Positions 37,064-48,701 of a stretch of DNA of 64,000 nt are shown one piece after another (the stretch's first letter is position 1; every line of letters starts with the position of its first letter). A model generated the notes under the pieces. It made no database searches. It saw only the letters and a list, made by a program, of their open reading frames with translations, and had not been told where the DNA came from. The stretch comes from Macrostomum lignano. Taxonomy: Eukaryota. Position numbers and translations under genes: made by a program. The stretch covers positions 558,001 to 622,000 of the forward strand of contig NIVC01000319.1 of assembly GCA_002269645.1 (NCBI GenBank), read 5' to 3'.

Positions 37064-37334
37064 CCCGGTGAGTTGCCTGAGTCAGCGCAGTTTCAGTGAG
37101 AAATTTGCAAGTATTTTATAGACCTGCAGGCAAATGCTGACTGGCAGCTGTTATCCGGACTCTCAGCCCCCATTGATTGGCGCAAAATGCTATTCACAAG
37201 TGCTTGAAGACTTGCAATTTCACGTGAATTTTCGTATCGTCAGGCTGACACAAAAAACACTCCAGCTGCAGTGACGGCTGGAGGGCCTCTCTAAACAGGC
37301 AGCTTCTCTCGGACCTGCTGCTGCAGGAGTTAGT

Positions 37335-37560
37335 TACGGCTCCTTACGGCAGCGAGTCCATCGATGAGGTGGCACTCTGAAGCTGCTCTGCAGTCCTGAG
37401 CACCATCTCAACAGCTCAGCTGAGACCGGCTCGAACTGACAGGAAGCACCGCTTTTCAACAGCTCAGCTGAGACCGGCTCGAACTGACAGGCAGCACCGC
37501 TTTTCAACAGCTCAGCTGAGACCGGCTCAAACTGACAGGAAGCACCGCTTTTCAACAGCT
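37335..37560 (-). pseudogene. Degenerate paralogous fragment of the PAN-like gene carrying a 45-bp triplication
   Basis: gcagcgagtccatcgatgaggtggcac (37349-37375) is identical to 36503-36529 (CHLIDGLAA). Three copies of a 45-bp unit at about 37415-37560. Confidence 0.55.
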
Positions 37561-37882
37561 CTTATGCTTATTTACTTTTATCATATAGTATTTTTGGTTG
37601 CGATGCACAGGTCTCGCCAGGCATCGCTAAAGCAAAAGCAGCAGATCTATCAAATACAAAAGGAAGAAGAACTACCAAAAGACCAGAGCAAAACGGTAAC
37701 ACAACAGTGGCGTCGCAATCATTCCAAGGATGCCAAGGACACGCAACCACCGAAGTCGCCGGCTACTGGAGGGGAGTCAGTGGCAGCACACTTGTGCTAG
37801 AAAAGTGGCCTTGAACCGCAACGATAAAAGGGCTGATGCAAGCAATGGAGCTGCCAGACCAATCGGCAGGACTGCAACGAGC

Positions 37883-39480
37883 ATGGCTGACATCGAGAAA
37901 CTGGAGAATGAAAAAGACTTTCAATGCTGGTTTGTTCGATTTGCTGTTGTCGTGCGCTTCTACAGGTGGTCGGGCGACGAGAAAGCGGAACTACTGCTGA
38001 TGAGACTGAGACTGTCTCCGACACTGCTCGATACTCTGGCAGACCAAATGGCGCCGAGTCTGACGAGCGCCAAGACGTTTGATGCATTGGCGGAAGCCCT
38101 GGAAGAGATTCTGCTACCAATGAGCTGCGTTCTGGCAGAGAGCTTCGATTTTTGGTGCGGATTTTCGCTTAACGACTGCGTAAGCCTTAAACTAATCAAC
38201 AGAAATGAACGACTAAGGGACCAGTACACTTGCGGCTGTAACGAAAAGAACTTCATAGCTTAAACTGTTGGTAATGAGCAGCACAGATCGAGCGATGTTC
38301 TCGTTGTGGGGGTCGCCAGCACGATAAGACAGTTTGCACTGAAAATGTAAAGAGCTGCAGAAAGTGTGAAAAATCCAATCATATATACTAAAAATGAGTT
38401 GTCTTCATTTCTAAAAGCAGTGTCGAGCATCTGCAAGATGTGCTTCATGCCGCTTTTGCTTTTCCGTAATGTCGATCAAGCAATGGTCTGCTCATGGAAA
38501 GCCGAAGCTGCAGAGAACTAATCCGGCTACACGGATGGAAACAGATTCAAGATGATGGGTGGACTCCAGACAACTGTAGTTTGGCAAGGGCAAGTTTTGG
38601 CAAGTTTTTCAACCACATTTCAAGTGGCTCAGTCCAATCACCATTTTGCGCTACTTGGCAGAGACATCGTAAACGTCAACATCAAAAGCGTGACCATCGG
38701 ACACTCGGCAGATGAGTGTAAAAACAACTCTCCCAGAGAGCACTAGAGGCAGTTCAAAGCGACTTCACAGCTTTTGAAGGGTGCCCAATAGAAGTACGTC
38801 AAGGCTCGCCCAGCACCATTCGCTTTGAAAGATAAGCTAAAAAAGAAATTTACGACCTGCTGGAAGAAGGCACAGTAGAGTCAGTCAGCTGCTCTGAGTT
38901 GGCATCACCAATCGTGTTAGTGCAAAAGCCGAACGACGCGATTCGCCTGTGTGGACTACAAACAGACTGTCAATCCCCAATTGAAAAATGATAGCTACCC
39001 GTCGCCAACACCAGAGGAGGCGTTTTCCGCTGTGGCCGGTTGCAGGTTTTGCTCCATTCTGGACCTTTACAACCAAGTCGAGCTTCGAACTTTAAGAGAG
39101 ACGGAGAACCCTGAGCGGTTGGCTAGACATAATTCAAAGGTCAATGAGGACAAGTTCCAGATCATGAAGAGCAGGGTGGGCTGCATCCTAGACTCAGGAA
39201 CCATAAACGACCCGACAGTGAGTAAGTTCGAGCGCTACGCAACATGACAGCTCCGAGAACATTGTCCGAATTGGAATCACTGATTGGTTTGATCAACTTT
39301 AGTGGAAGATTCATCCGGAATCTGGCTGACATGATTGAGCCTCTGACGTGTCTTAAGCCAAAGGACGTGGAGTTTGTCTGGTCAGATGAACAGGAAGTTA
39401 AGACTCGCACTCTCTTCCGAGGCAGTTCTGGCGTCTTATGATCCTAAGAAACCTGTATGGAACTTGAGTGTGATGCATAG
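37883..39480 (+). mobile_element. Decayed Ty3/Gypsy LTR retrotransposon internal region (gag, RT, start of RNase H)
   Basis: Gag-like MADIEKLENEKDFQCWFVRF...DEKAELLL...KTFDALAEALEE...VLAESFDF. RT: KARPAPFALKDKL, ASPIVLVQKPNDAIRLC/DYKQTVNPQLKNDSYPSPTPEE, then ELESLIGLINFSGRFIRNLADMIEPL...FVWSDEQE and YDPKKPV. Frameshifted, with the YxDD segment missing. No LTRs found. Confidence 0.85.
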
Positions 39481-39544
39481 CAACCGAAAATACTCTATGG
39501 TATAATGAGCATAGATAAAATTCTGCTTGGGTTTAATGATCTTC

Positions 39545-40160
39545 AGCAGATGTCAATCAGATCCTGTCAGATTCCAATCAGATCTTGTCAGATTCCAATC
39601 AGATCCTGTCAGATTCCAATCAGATCCTGTCAGATTCCAATCAGATCCTGTCAGATTCCAATCAGATCTTGTCAGATTCCAATCAGATCTTGTCAGATTC
39701 CAATCAGATCTTGTCAGATTCCAATCAGATCTTGTCAGATTCCAATCAGATCTTGTCAGATTCCAATCAGATCCTGTCAGATTCCAATCAGATCTTGTCA
39801 GCTTCCAATCAGATCTTGTCAGATTCCAATCAGATTCCAATCAGCTCCTGTCAGATTCCAATCAGATCTTGTCAGATTCCAATCAGATTCCAATCAGATC
39901 TTGTCAGCTTCCAATCAGATCTTGTCAGCTTCCAATCAGATCTTGTCAAATTCCAATCAGATCTTGTCAGATTCCAATCAGATCTTGTCAGATTCCAATC
40001 AAATCTTGTCAGCTTCCAATCAGATCTTGTCAAATTCCAATCAGATCTTGTCAAATTCCAATCAGATCTTGTCAGATTCTAATCAGATCTTGTCAGATTC
40101 TAATCAGATCTTGTCAGATTCCAATCAGATCTTGTCAGCTTCCAACCAGATCTTGTCAGA
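39545..40160. repeat. 21-bp minisatellite (cagattccaatcagatcttgt)
   Basis: About 29 copies. Confidence 0.95.
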
Positions 40161-40178
40161 TACCAAGCAGGTCCAACA

Positions 40179-40404
40179 TCAGTTCGGCCAGTCGCCGCGA
40201 GTCGCATCGGCGCCATCAACGGGCAGCTTGTTGGCGCGGAACTCGGCCTGAGTGTGGCTGGAGTAGCACAGTTTGCAGGACATGACGCTGATGGACATGC
40301 GGCAAGCGTAGCAGATGACGCGGTCCCGGGAGCAGGGCAGGCGGTACCAGGCGTGCCGGTTTGGGTTTGCCAGTATGGGTTTATGCAACTCTGCCGCACT
40401 TGCA
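40179..40404 (-). CDS. Possible orphan terminal exon with a Cys/His zinc-binding-like motif
   Basis: After the acceptor tctccgcag: ASAAELHKPILANPNRHAWYRLPCSRDRVICYACRMSISVMSCKLCYSSHTQAEF...WPN*, in GC3-rich codons. No phase-compatible upstream exon found. Confidence 0.35.
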
Positions 40405-41069
40405 CTGCGGAGATACTCGGTAATTTAAAAGAATGGAAGGGCGTAAAAAGGGCCAGCGGAAATCGCCAATGGATGGCCTGGGGTAGGTGTGCTTGGCTGG
40501 CTGGCGGGTGGTGAAACGCTTACGCAACTCAGCGTTTGTTTGGCGGAGACTGCAGTTGTTTCAATGCACTCCCCAAGCAACAGGTACGCGCGTATTACGC
40601 GCATTTTTTGGTACGATCTCCGCCGCGGCAATTCAACTAGTTTGTCTTCCGTGAACTCAAGGGTCTGGCGAGTTTAGAGTTCTCATTTCTGGTTAAGCTA
40701 TCGGCTAAATCGGATATTGTTTTAAACCCTGCTGCATGATGCTTCAACTGATCGAAAACTATGCTAATAACCTGAGATTGAAATAAGCAGGATTTTTTAA
40801 TTTTCAGCTTTGCATTGGAAATTCCAAATAGAAAAATTTTAATTTGCTCTCTAAGTAGGGTTGGGCTTGTCCTAAAAAATAGGTGTCATGAAAATGAAGC
40901 AAATCAGTTTATTTGGCTTACGCTGAATATTTCGCTTTCTGTAAAATATTGTACAGGCGCTTTTAGGGAGGGTTGACACTCTTCGTATATTTTACCGAAT
41001 ATTTAAACAAAACGCTTGTTCGCGCCCACGAGATGCTGTTCAGTCGATTAATAAAAACTGCTAAGCCTG

Positions 41070-43438
41070 CTACATGAAGCCGAAGTTCCTTCCCTGCTGC
41101 TGAAAGCTGCCCATCTCCGAGCACCAGTTGCCACCGAACCCTGCGCCGCCGAAATCCGCGCCGGACTTCTGCCTCGCCGGACACAGGCCGTCCAGTTCAA
41201 AGTCCATTGAGTCGCTGCAGGGGCCGCCTCTGTTGCTGCCGCCGCCACGGCCAGGGCCTCGGCTACCGAAACCATTGCCCAGCCCTCCGCCCAGTCTGCT
41301 TCTACCGAGGCCGTTACTGAGAAGGTCCATGCCGAGGCCGTTGTTGAATCCTTTGCCAAGGCCTTTGCCGAAACCGTTGCTAAGGCCGTTGCCAAATCCG
41401 TTGTCAAGGCCGTTGTCAGGGCCGTTGCCAAAGCCGTTGCCAAGACCGTTGCCAAGGCCGTTGCGAAGGCCGTTGCCAAGGCCGTTGCCAAGGCCGTTGC
41501 CAAGGCCGTTGCCAAGGCCGTTGCCAAAGCCGTTACCAAGGCCGTTGCCAAGGCCACTACCGAGGCCGTTGCCAAGGCCGTTGCCAAGGCCGTTGCCAAG
41601 GCCGTTGCCAAGGCCGTTGCCAAGGCCGTTTCCAAGGCCGTTGCCAAGGCCGTTGCCAAGGCCGTTGCCAAGGCCGTTGCCAAGGCCGTTGCCAAGGCCG
41701 TTGCCAAGGCCCCTACCGAGGCCGTTACTGAGACCGTTGCCAAGGCTGTTGCCAAGGCCGTTGCCAAGGCCACTACCGATTCCGTTACTGAGACCATTGT
41801 CTAGATCATCATCAAGGCCGCTAGCAAAGCCGCTGCCGAGGCCGCCTTCGCCACCGCCCCCACCGCCGCCCCTCCACCGCCGCCGCCCCCGCCGACACCA
41901 CCGCCTCGACCCATGAAGGCTGAATTGAAGTTGTTGAAGGAACCGAAGCCGCCATTGCCTTCAAAGCCGGGGTCCAGCATCATGTTCTGTGGATAAGTTG
42001 GTGGGACGTCCAGATCGCCCCAGTTCTCAGGCAGCTCCCACTCGTCCTTGTCATTCACGGGGTCCTGCTGGACAATCTTGGCAAAGTTGGCCACGGGGTC
42101 CACCCAGCCGCTGTCCATGTTGGCCGGCCAGTTCTCCAGTCCGCCGGACATGTTCGGCCAGGCGGAGTCCAAGTTGCTAAAGTTTGGCGGCGGCGGCCCG
42201 AACTCGTCGTCCTGACCTTCGCCGACCGGGTCGTCGAACATGGAAGCGCCGAACCGGCTGTGCTGGCCTTGAGGCGGGTAGCCCGATGCAGCAAGGGCTG
42301 GAGCATTCCGCTGAGGGTCTTGAGCCGGCAGCTGCTGCATCTGCGGCATCTGGGGCATCATCATCGGATTGCCCTGAACACCGGGCGGAATGTGCGGCTG
42401 CGGCTGCGGTTGCTGTGGCTGCGGCTGCGGCGGCGGCGGCGGCGGCGGCGGCTGCGGCTGTTGTGGGGGCGGCGGCTGCGGAGGTGGCGGAGGCTGCGTC
42501 GCGGGCTGCACTGGAGTCGACCTCACCGGTGCCTGCTGGACAGCAACGGCTGGCGGACGGCAATTCATGGGTGGCGCTGCTGTCGGATACTGGCTGACCG
42601 GTGCCCGGTCCCCACCTGGGTACCTGTCTGCGCACCTTTGCTCCTCTTCCTGTCGGTAAGGAGCTCGCGAGTCCTGGAAGCGGCTGGGCCGACTGTCCGG
42701 GTACCCGCTGCGCTGGTTGTCTGCGCACCTTGGCTCCTGTTCCGGCGGGTAGGGAGGCCGCGAGTCCTGGAAGCGGCTCTGCCAGCTGTCTGGATACCTG
42801 CCACGCTGGTTGTCTGCGCATTTTGGCTCCTGCTCATGTTGATAGGGGGCTCGCGAGTGCTGCTGACTGTCCGGGTACCCGCTGCGCTGGTTGTCTGCAT
42901 ATCTTGGCGCCTCTTCCTGTGAGTAGGCAGCTCGCGAGTCCTGGTAGCGGCTCTGCGGCGGATGCCTGCCGTCTTCTGCCCACCTGGCGCCTCCACCGGA
43001 GCTCAAATTGCGCTGATCGTCCAGCTCCGGATTTCTGGTGCGCCGATCTTCGGGCGCCTGCGAGCAGTTCGAGTTGGTGTCCAGGCGCCGGCTGCCACCT
43101 CCGCACGAGGCCGTGCTGGCGTTGTCGCTCACCGCGTTGCCCACCGTCCAGGTGGGGAAGACGAAGGCCGACTGGTGGCTGCTGATTGACGCAGCCCGGT
43201 GGGAATAGACCGAAGTTGACTGCGTCCAGCTGTCGGGCTCAGCCTCCCAGGCGCGTCTGAAGGACTTTCGCTGCTGCTGCATCTGAGGCGGAGGCTGCGC
43301 CGCGGCCAAGGTGTCCCGACTGCCGCTGGACGACCTGCTGGACGGCGTGCCGCGCAGCCAGGAGGGCCCGCCCATCCGGCGCAGCGTAGAGTTGCCGTTG
43401 GAGGTGTTGCTGTTGAAGCTGCGCATCGAGTGCGACAT
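41070..43438 (-). CDS. Intronless low-complexity protein of about 790 aa (Ser/Gln/Pro-rich, Tyr repeats, Trp motifs, GLGN repeats); one apparent 1-nt deletion
   Basis: ORF 43459-41801 (first ATG 43438) runs into a Gly tract. Adding one G at the 4-base run 41869-41872 opens the frame [21 protein letters not shown](LGNG)n, which continues into ORF 41330-41070 (MDLLSNGLG...RGPGRGGG...GFM*). Confidence 0.65.
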
Positions 43439-44444
43439 GGCCCCACCCTGGCTATTCAATTTTTTCGTCTGTTAAAAATGGAACTCAAAGGTGTCGGTTA
43501 ATTTCAGTTTAGCTTAATAGCTTATAGAAACATCAGAAGGCCTGTAGCTGCAAATATCTATGGCTAGAAGAGGTGGCTAAGATCTTGCTTCAAAAATACG
43601 CGCGCATCTCTATCTAGAAACAGAGCATCTCCCTAGAACGACCTGCCGTTTTCAAATGCTACGGGAAGCATGAAACAGCCGCATTCATGGAGGAGTTGCG
43701 TCAAAGCGACCAAGATGCAGACATCGACTTCCTGCGCAAGTTCAGCGATTCGATCGAATAGAGATTGACAATGAGAGGAAAGACAAAACGCAAATCGTGT
43801 TCAGCCGCTATGCATGGAATCACGGAGCTGAGCGGACTGCAGAGTGATTTACGGGAAGCTGATTTAGATCTGTTTAGATCAGAACAGTGGCTTCATTTTA
43901 GTTGTCTAAACGAGGAACAAACGAATACCCGGCCATTCTCTTGGCCGGACGCAATGGTACAACAGGCGAGAGGGATCGACATGCAATTAATGATCGACAT
44001 GGAATTTTCCAACAATGACCGGTCAGTGTCGGAATGTAGTTGCCATGATGATTTGAACCGCTGGGTGTCTGTCCATGGTCATATCTGCACCAGAGTGTGG
44101 AAAGTGAGTTGTTAAGACTGAAACGGGGAGGAGAAATTGAAAAATCTTCGAGGCGAAAGCTTAAAAATTTACCCCCCCCCCCCGTGTGTTGCTGCCAAAT
44201 GTCTAAGCTAGTCAAGTTCGTAAATTTTTCTGCTACAATATCTACCCTAGCTACATGTATATACTGAGCTCCTTCCCTATGTTACTTAACCCTTACGATA
44301 TTGGATACATGTACATGTAACCTCTTTACATGCAGCCTGCAGAGCTCTGCTGCGTTTCTTGCTCAAAATTCGCTACCCATGCACCGCTGTCGCTCTGATG
44401 GTGAAACCCGGCATCCAACCGCTGAGCGACATTCCTCAGACAGC

Positions 44445-44705
44445 AGAGACGGACTCCTCAGACAGCAAAGACGGACTCCTCAGACAGCAAAGACGGACTC
44501 CTCGGACAGCAAAGACGGACTCCTCGGACAGCAAAGACGGACTCCTCGGACAGCAAAGACGGACTCCTCAGACAGCAAAGACGGACTCCTCAGACAGCAA
44601 AGACGGACTCCTCGGACAGCAAAGACGGACTCCTCAGACAGCAAAGACGGACTCCTCAGACAGCAAAGACGGACTCCTCGGACAGCAAAGACGGGGACTC
44701 CTCGG
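44445..44705. repeat. 22-bp minisatellite (gacagcaaagacggactcctc-a/g)
   Basis: About 11 copies. Confidence 0.92.
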
Positions 44706-46898
44706 ACACGCCCGCTGGTAGCCGTTGTTGCCAACCTCAAGAGGGACGAGCCGGCAACATGACGGCCCCTCATTGACACTTTTATTGACGATCTGCACGT
44801 CCTGCACCTTGCTAGCGAGGCCCATTTGCCTCTCTTTGGTTTTCTGCAAGCGCTTGTGCTCTAGGGCTCTAATTTGATTCCTCTGCGTTCAATTACTACT
44901 ACTGCTACTACATGTAGCTACTAATAGTAGTACTAAAATACAAATTAAAATGATTCGAAAAAATCTGCAGTCTGACTTTAACAGACAGACTTTCTCTCAA
45001 CCAATTTCGATAGGGTTCGCGACTGTCCGGATTAACGCCTAAGAAGGGATGTCGAACACGTAATCTGGAAGGGGAGGATCAAGTTGCCTCATAAATACGT
45101 CTAGGCACGAATGGCCAATAGATCTTACAACAGACGGGCATTCCTAGTCAGGATCTCTTCAGTATATAAGCATCAAACTATTGTGGACCAAGCTCGATCG
45201 TTGCGCATTCGACCGTCCACAGAGCATGCAAAATCTTGCAAAGCAGCAGCCCAACCGGCCTTTCCCACAGAGCCTTCTTTGCAGACACGGCGAGGGGCAA
45301 GGCGAGGGCGATTCCATCATCAAAGGCTGCCGCTTTAGGCGGACATGCAGCGCAGGAATGCCCAAGCAAGCGATGGCATGGCATGCAGCAGCAAGGAAAC
45401 CCATTGAGGGCTACGGAGATAGGCAGGGGATTATCCGCAGACGAAAGGCAGGATGAAGAATCCAGCAGCTAACCGCCCGCCCGGCCGCTCTGGAAGTGCC
45501 TACAGCCTGACCGCCTGTGCTTATTGCATAGGAATGGAGAAGGCGCGCTGCTTGCTTGGGTCAAAGCCTTGCCAGCTACGTGCAGAAGCACTGATGCACT
45601 GCTAATTACAACTGCAGTCACATGGCGTCAGGGGGTCTTGCAAATTGGCAAGTGTGCCTGAGCGGAGCGTACATGACGAGCCCCATGCAGAAGAACGTCA
45701 GTGCTGGATGCATTTATTGATTATATTCAAGCTGAAACTCGTCAGCTACACGCAAAGTACCGATCGACAATAAGCGTCGCGCGCTATGATTACAGATTCG
45801 CACCTGACACGCGTTTGTTTATCTTTGCGAAAACTGAAACCACTGGGTGCGTGCATTTGCAGGCTGCAGTGCACGCCGATTCGGACATGTGCAACAATTT
45901 ATGCCTGCCTGTGGTTTTGGAAAGTTCCAATAATGAAATTCAATGATTTTCAAGCTGAAGTTCAGTCTGGTCTGGAATTGGAGCTTGGAGAAGAGATGAG
46001 TAGATAGAAACAATTGTACCGAATCTCTTATGATGTGTGATAGTGTGTGCCCCCTGCGTGCGTAATCCGGTACATGTGGGTTCAGACTAACCCCTGAAGC
46101 TTATTAGCAAGGCTTGAAGATAATCAGCAAGCCCAGCAGCATCAGACGGCGAAAAGAAACGCAGGCATAAAAATGCGAATGCCGAAGGCTGCCACTTGTG
46201 AATTGCATAGAAAAGTTCGCAGATGCATAAATAGGCAGTATTATTAATTTAGGACACAAAAACTCGCAAGTTCAAAAAAAAGATCCAATTGCGCATGCAA
46301 AAAATTGACATTCAGACTGGGGAAAACTATTCCATGATGAAGAATTGTCGGGGAAGATTAACAGTCTGAGCTTGGAAGGATAAATTTGATAATAATTACA
46401 GGTAATAATTAGCTAAAAGTACAAGTTACCATAGACATGTGAGCGTATTTTACAAGCATCGGCTTATGCGCAAAATACTCAATATTGATGGAGAGCCGCA
46501 GTACAAGGTAAGATGAACTGTTTTGTAAGCAGGTAAAAATTTTGCATTTTCAAAAATGTTGCTAAATGTTGAGACAAAAATTTGTTAACAGTAGGACAAA
46601 ACAGAACAGAATAAAAACACGAATGAAAACTCAAAACTAGCTGCACCAGAACTACTCTCAATACGGGAGCTTGTTTCAAAATCATGAAATAAAAATTGTT
46701 ATACAAAACTTTGGTTAAAACTTGATAGAAATTTCAATACATTGTCGATGTGCATTAATATTTAATAAATATACCTATCGATCTTGGTTAGAAATAACTC
46801 TCAGCGTGATAATTATGGTCGCATCTTCCAAAACTGTTTACTGGTGAACCTCAGGCGGAACTGGACTGGGTTAAGCTGACTAGAACATGGATATCTGA

Positions 46899-47270
46899 GC
46901 ATAACTATCTGGAAGCAAGGCCACTCCATTGCAAACCCGATGGCTAACTCAAGGACATCCAAGCATAACTATCTGGAAGCAAAGTCACTCCATTGCAAAC
47001 CCGATGGCTAACTCAAGGACATCTAAGCATAACTATCTGGAAGCAAGGCCACTCCATTGCAAACCCGATGGCTAACTCAAGGACATCTAAGCATAATTAT
47101 CTGGAAGCAAGGCCACTCCATTGCAAACCCGATGGCTAACTCAAGGACATCCAAGCATAACTATCTGGAAGCAAAGTCACTCCATTGCAAACCCGATGGC
47201 TAACTCAAGGACATCCAAGCATAACTATCTGGAAACAAAGCCACTCCATCACAGACCCGATGGCTAACTC
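46899..47270. repeat. 64-bp tandem repeat, about 6 copies
   Basis: gcataactatctggaagcaaggccactccattgcaaacccgatggctaactcaaggacatccaa starting at 46899, 46963, 47027, 47091, 47155 and 47219. Confidence 0.92.
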
Positions 47271-47723
47271 ACTTTTCAGATAGTGATCATTCCAGAATCC
47301 AGCTAGCTACAGTCCAGATTTCCATGAGCCCCAGTGAGTCACAAGCCCGGCCTAAAGCATTGTAAGAGCAGAAGAGTGTAAAACCGCCCCCGCAAACTGC
47401 AGAGCGGACAAAGAGGATGTCCTTCAAGCAGGCTGTGAGTGCCTGTGAGTCATCCGGTGGACAGGCCAGACTGCTGGGACTTTCAGGGCAGAGGAACACA
47501 TGATCCTATAATTATAGTTTAGTGCAATTTTATAACACCCAAATGTTCTTTGTCGCTCAGCTTTCAAGTCTTCAAACAGTGTTGGCTCTGTCTTCTTTAG
47601 CAAAGCTTTAAACTTATGGAAAATCGCTAGCAAAATTATCGGTTTTGAAGCTAATTATTTGAAGATTATTCAATTATTTGAAGCTAATAATTATATAGTT
47701 GACGGACTGAGAAAAAATATACA

Positions 47724-48118
47724 AAATGGCACGCCCAGGATCCGAAATGGCACATCTAGGATCCGAAATGGCACGCCCAGGATCCGAAATGGCACATCTA
47801 GGATCAGAAATGACACATCTAGGATCAGAAATGACACATCTAGGATCCGAAATGGCACATCAAGGATCCGAAATGGCACATCTAGGATCCGAAATGGCAC
47901 GCCCAGGATCCGAAATGGCACATCTAGGATCCAAAATGGCACATCTAGGATCCGAAATGGCACATCTAGGATCCGAAATGGCACGCCCAGAATCCGAAAT
48001 GGCACATCTAGGATCAGAAATGACACATCTAGGATCCGAAATGGCACATCTAGGATCCGAAATGGCACATCTAGGATCCGAAATGGCACATCAAGAATCC
48101 GAAATGGCACATCAAGGA
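47724..48118. repeat. 21-bp minisatellite (aatggcacatctaggatccga)
   Basis: About 18 copies. Confidence 0.93.
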
Positions 48119-48701
48119 ATTAAAACGCCTTTTTAAGATCTAGAAGGTTACCCATAGTCCTAACTTCGCACTAATCAGGTCCTTAGCTGCCCCTAGCAAG
48201 CCTGAGTCCCCAGCTCAATTAGAAAATAAACTTCAAGCCACAGCGGCGCAGGTTTGCCAAACACAACTTGCTAATGAATAATTTATATGGATATGAAACG
48301 CAAGCTTTAATATAATAGGTATTGCATAATACGCAGATAGCGGGCTACTCGTTCAGTGACTTCGGCCGCGCACTTTTTCGATAGGTAGAATAAAAAATAA
48401 ATTTTAATGCTTACATAAAAAGAATTACCAAGTGCACTTTAGCGGTGTAGCTGCTGTACAACACACGCAACAGATAAGCTGAGCTCTCAATCGCAATTTA
48501 AAAAAACCGACAATCAAAGACAGAATTTCTTCAAGTCGGATTATCAGATAAAACAAGATGGGGGACATCAGAGTCGGGGCGGAGACACTGGGCAGCTGGG
48601 GGACAGTCCACCCGGCACACAATGGAATCCCGGCTCCCCAGCAGTCCGCCAGTCGCCCGCGGTATCCCCAAAACTGCAGTTCGAGGTGTCAGCCAAGCCA
48701 G

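Noticed and set aside
41048-41916. ALAT-repeat ORF (41797-41048, minus) and PRPL-repeat ORF (41128-41916, plus) as genes
   Set aside because: They are alternative frames of the 12-nt repeat; the GLGN frame is continuous with the Gly-rich sequence on both sides.
43687-44110. Plus-strand coding-like stretch ending at a gtgagt donor (WLHFSCL, weakly PHD-like)
   Set aside because: It has an in-frame stop, no recognisable family and no downstream exon.
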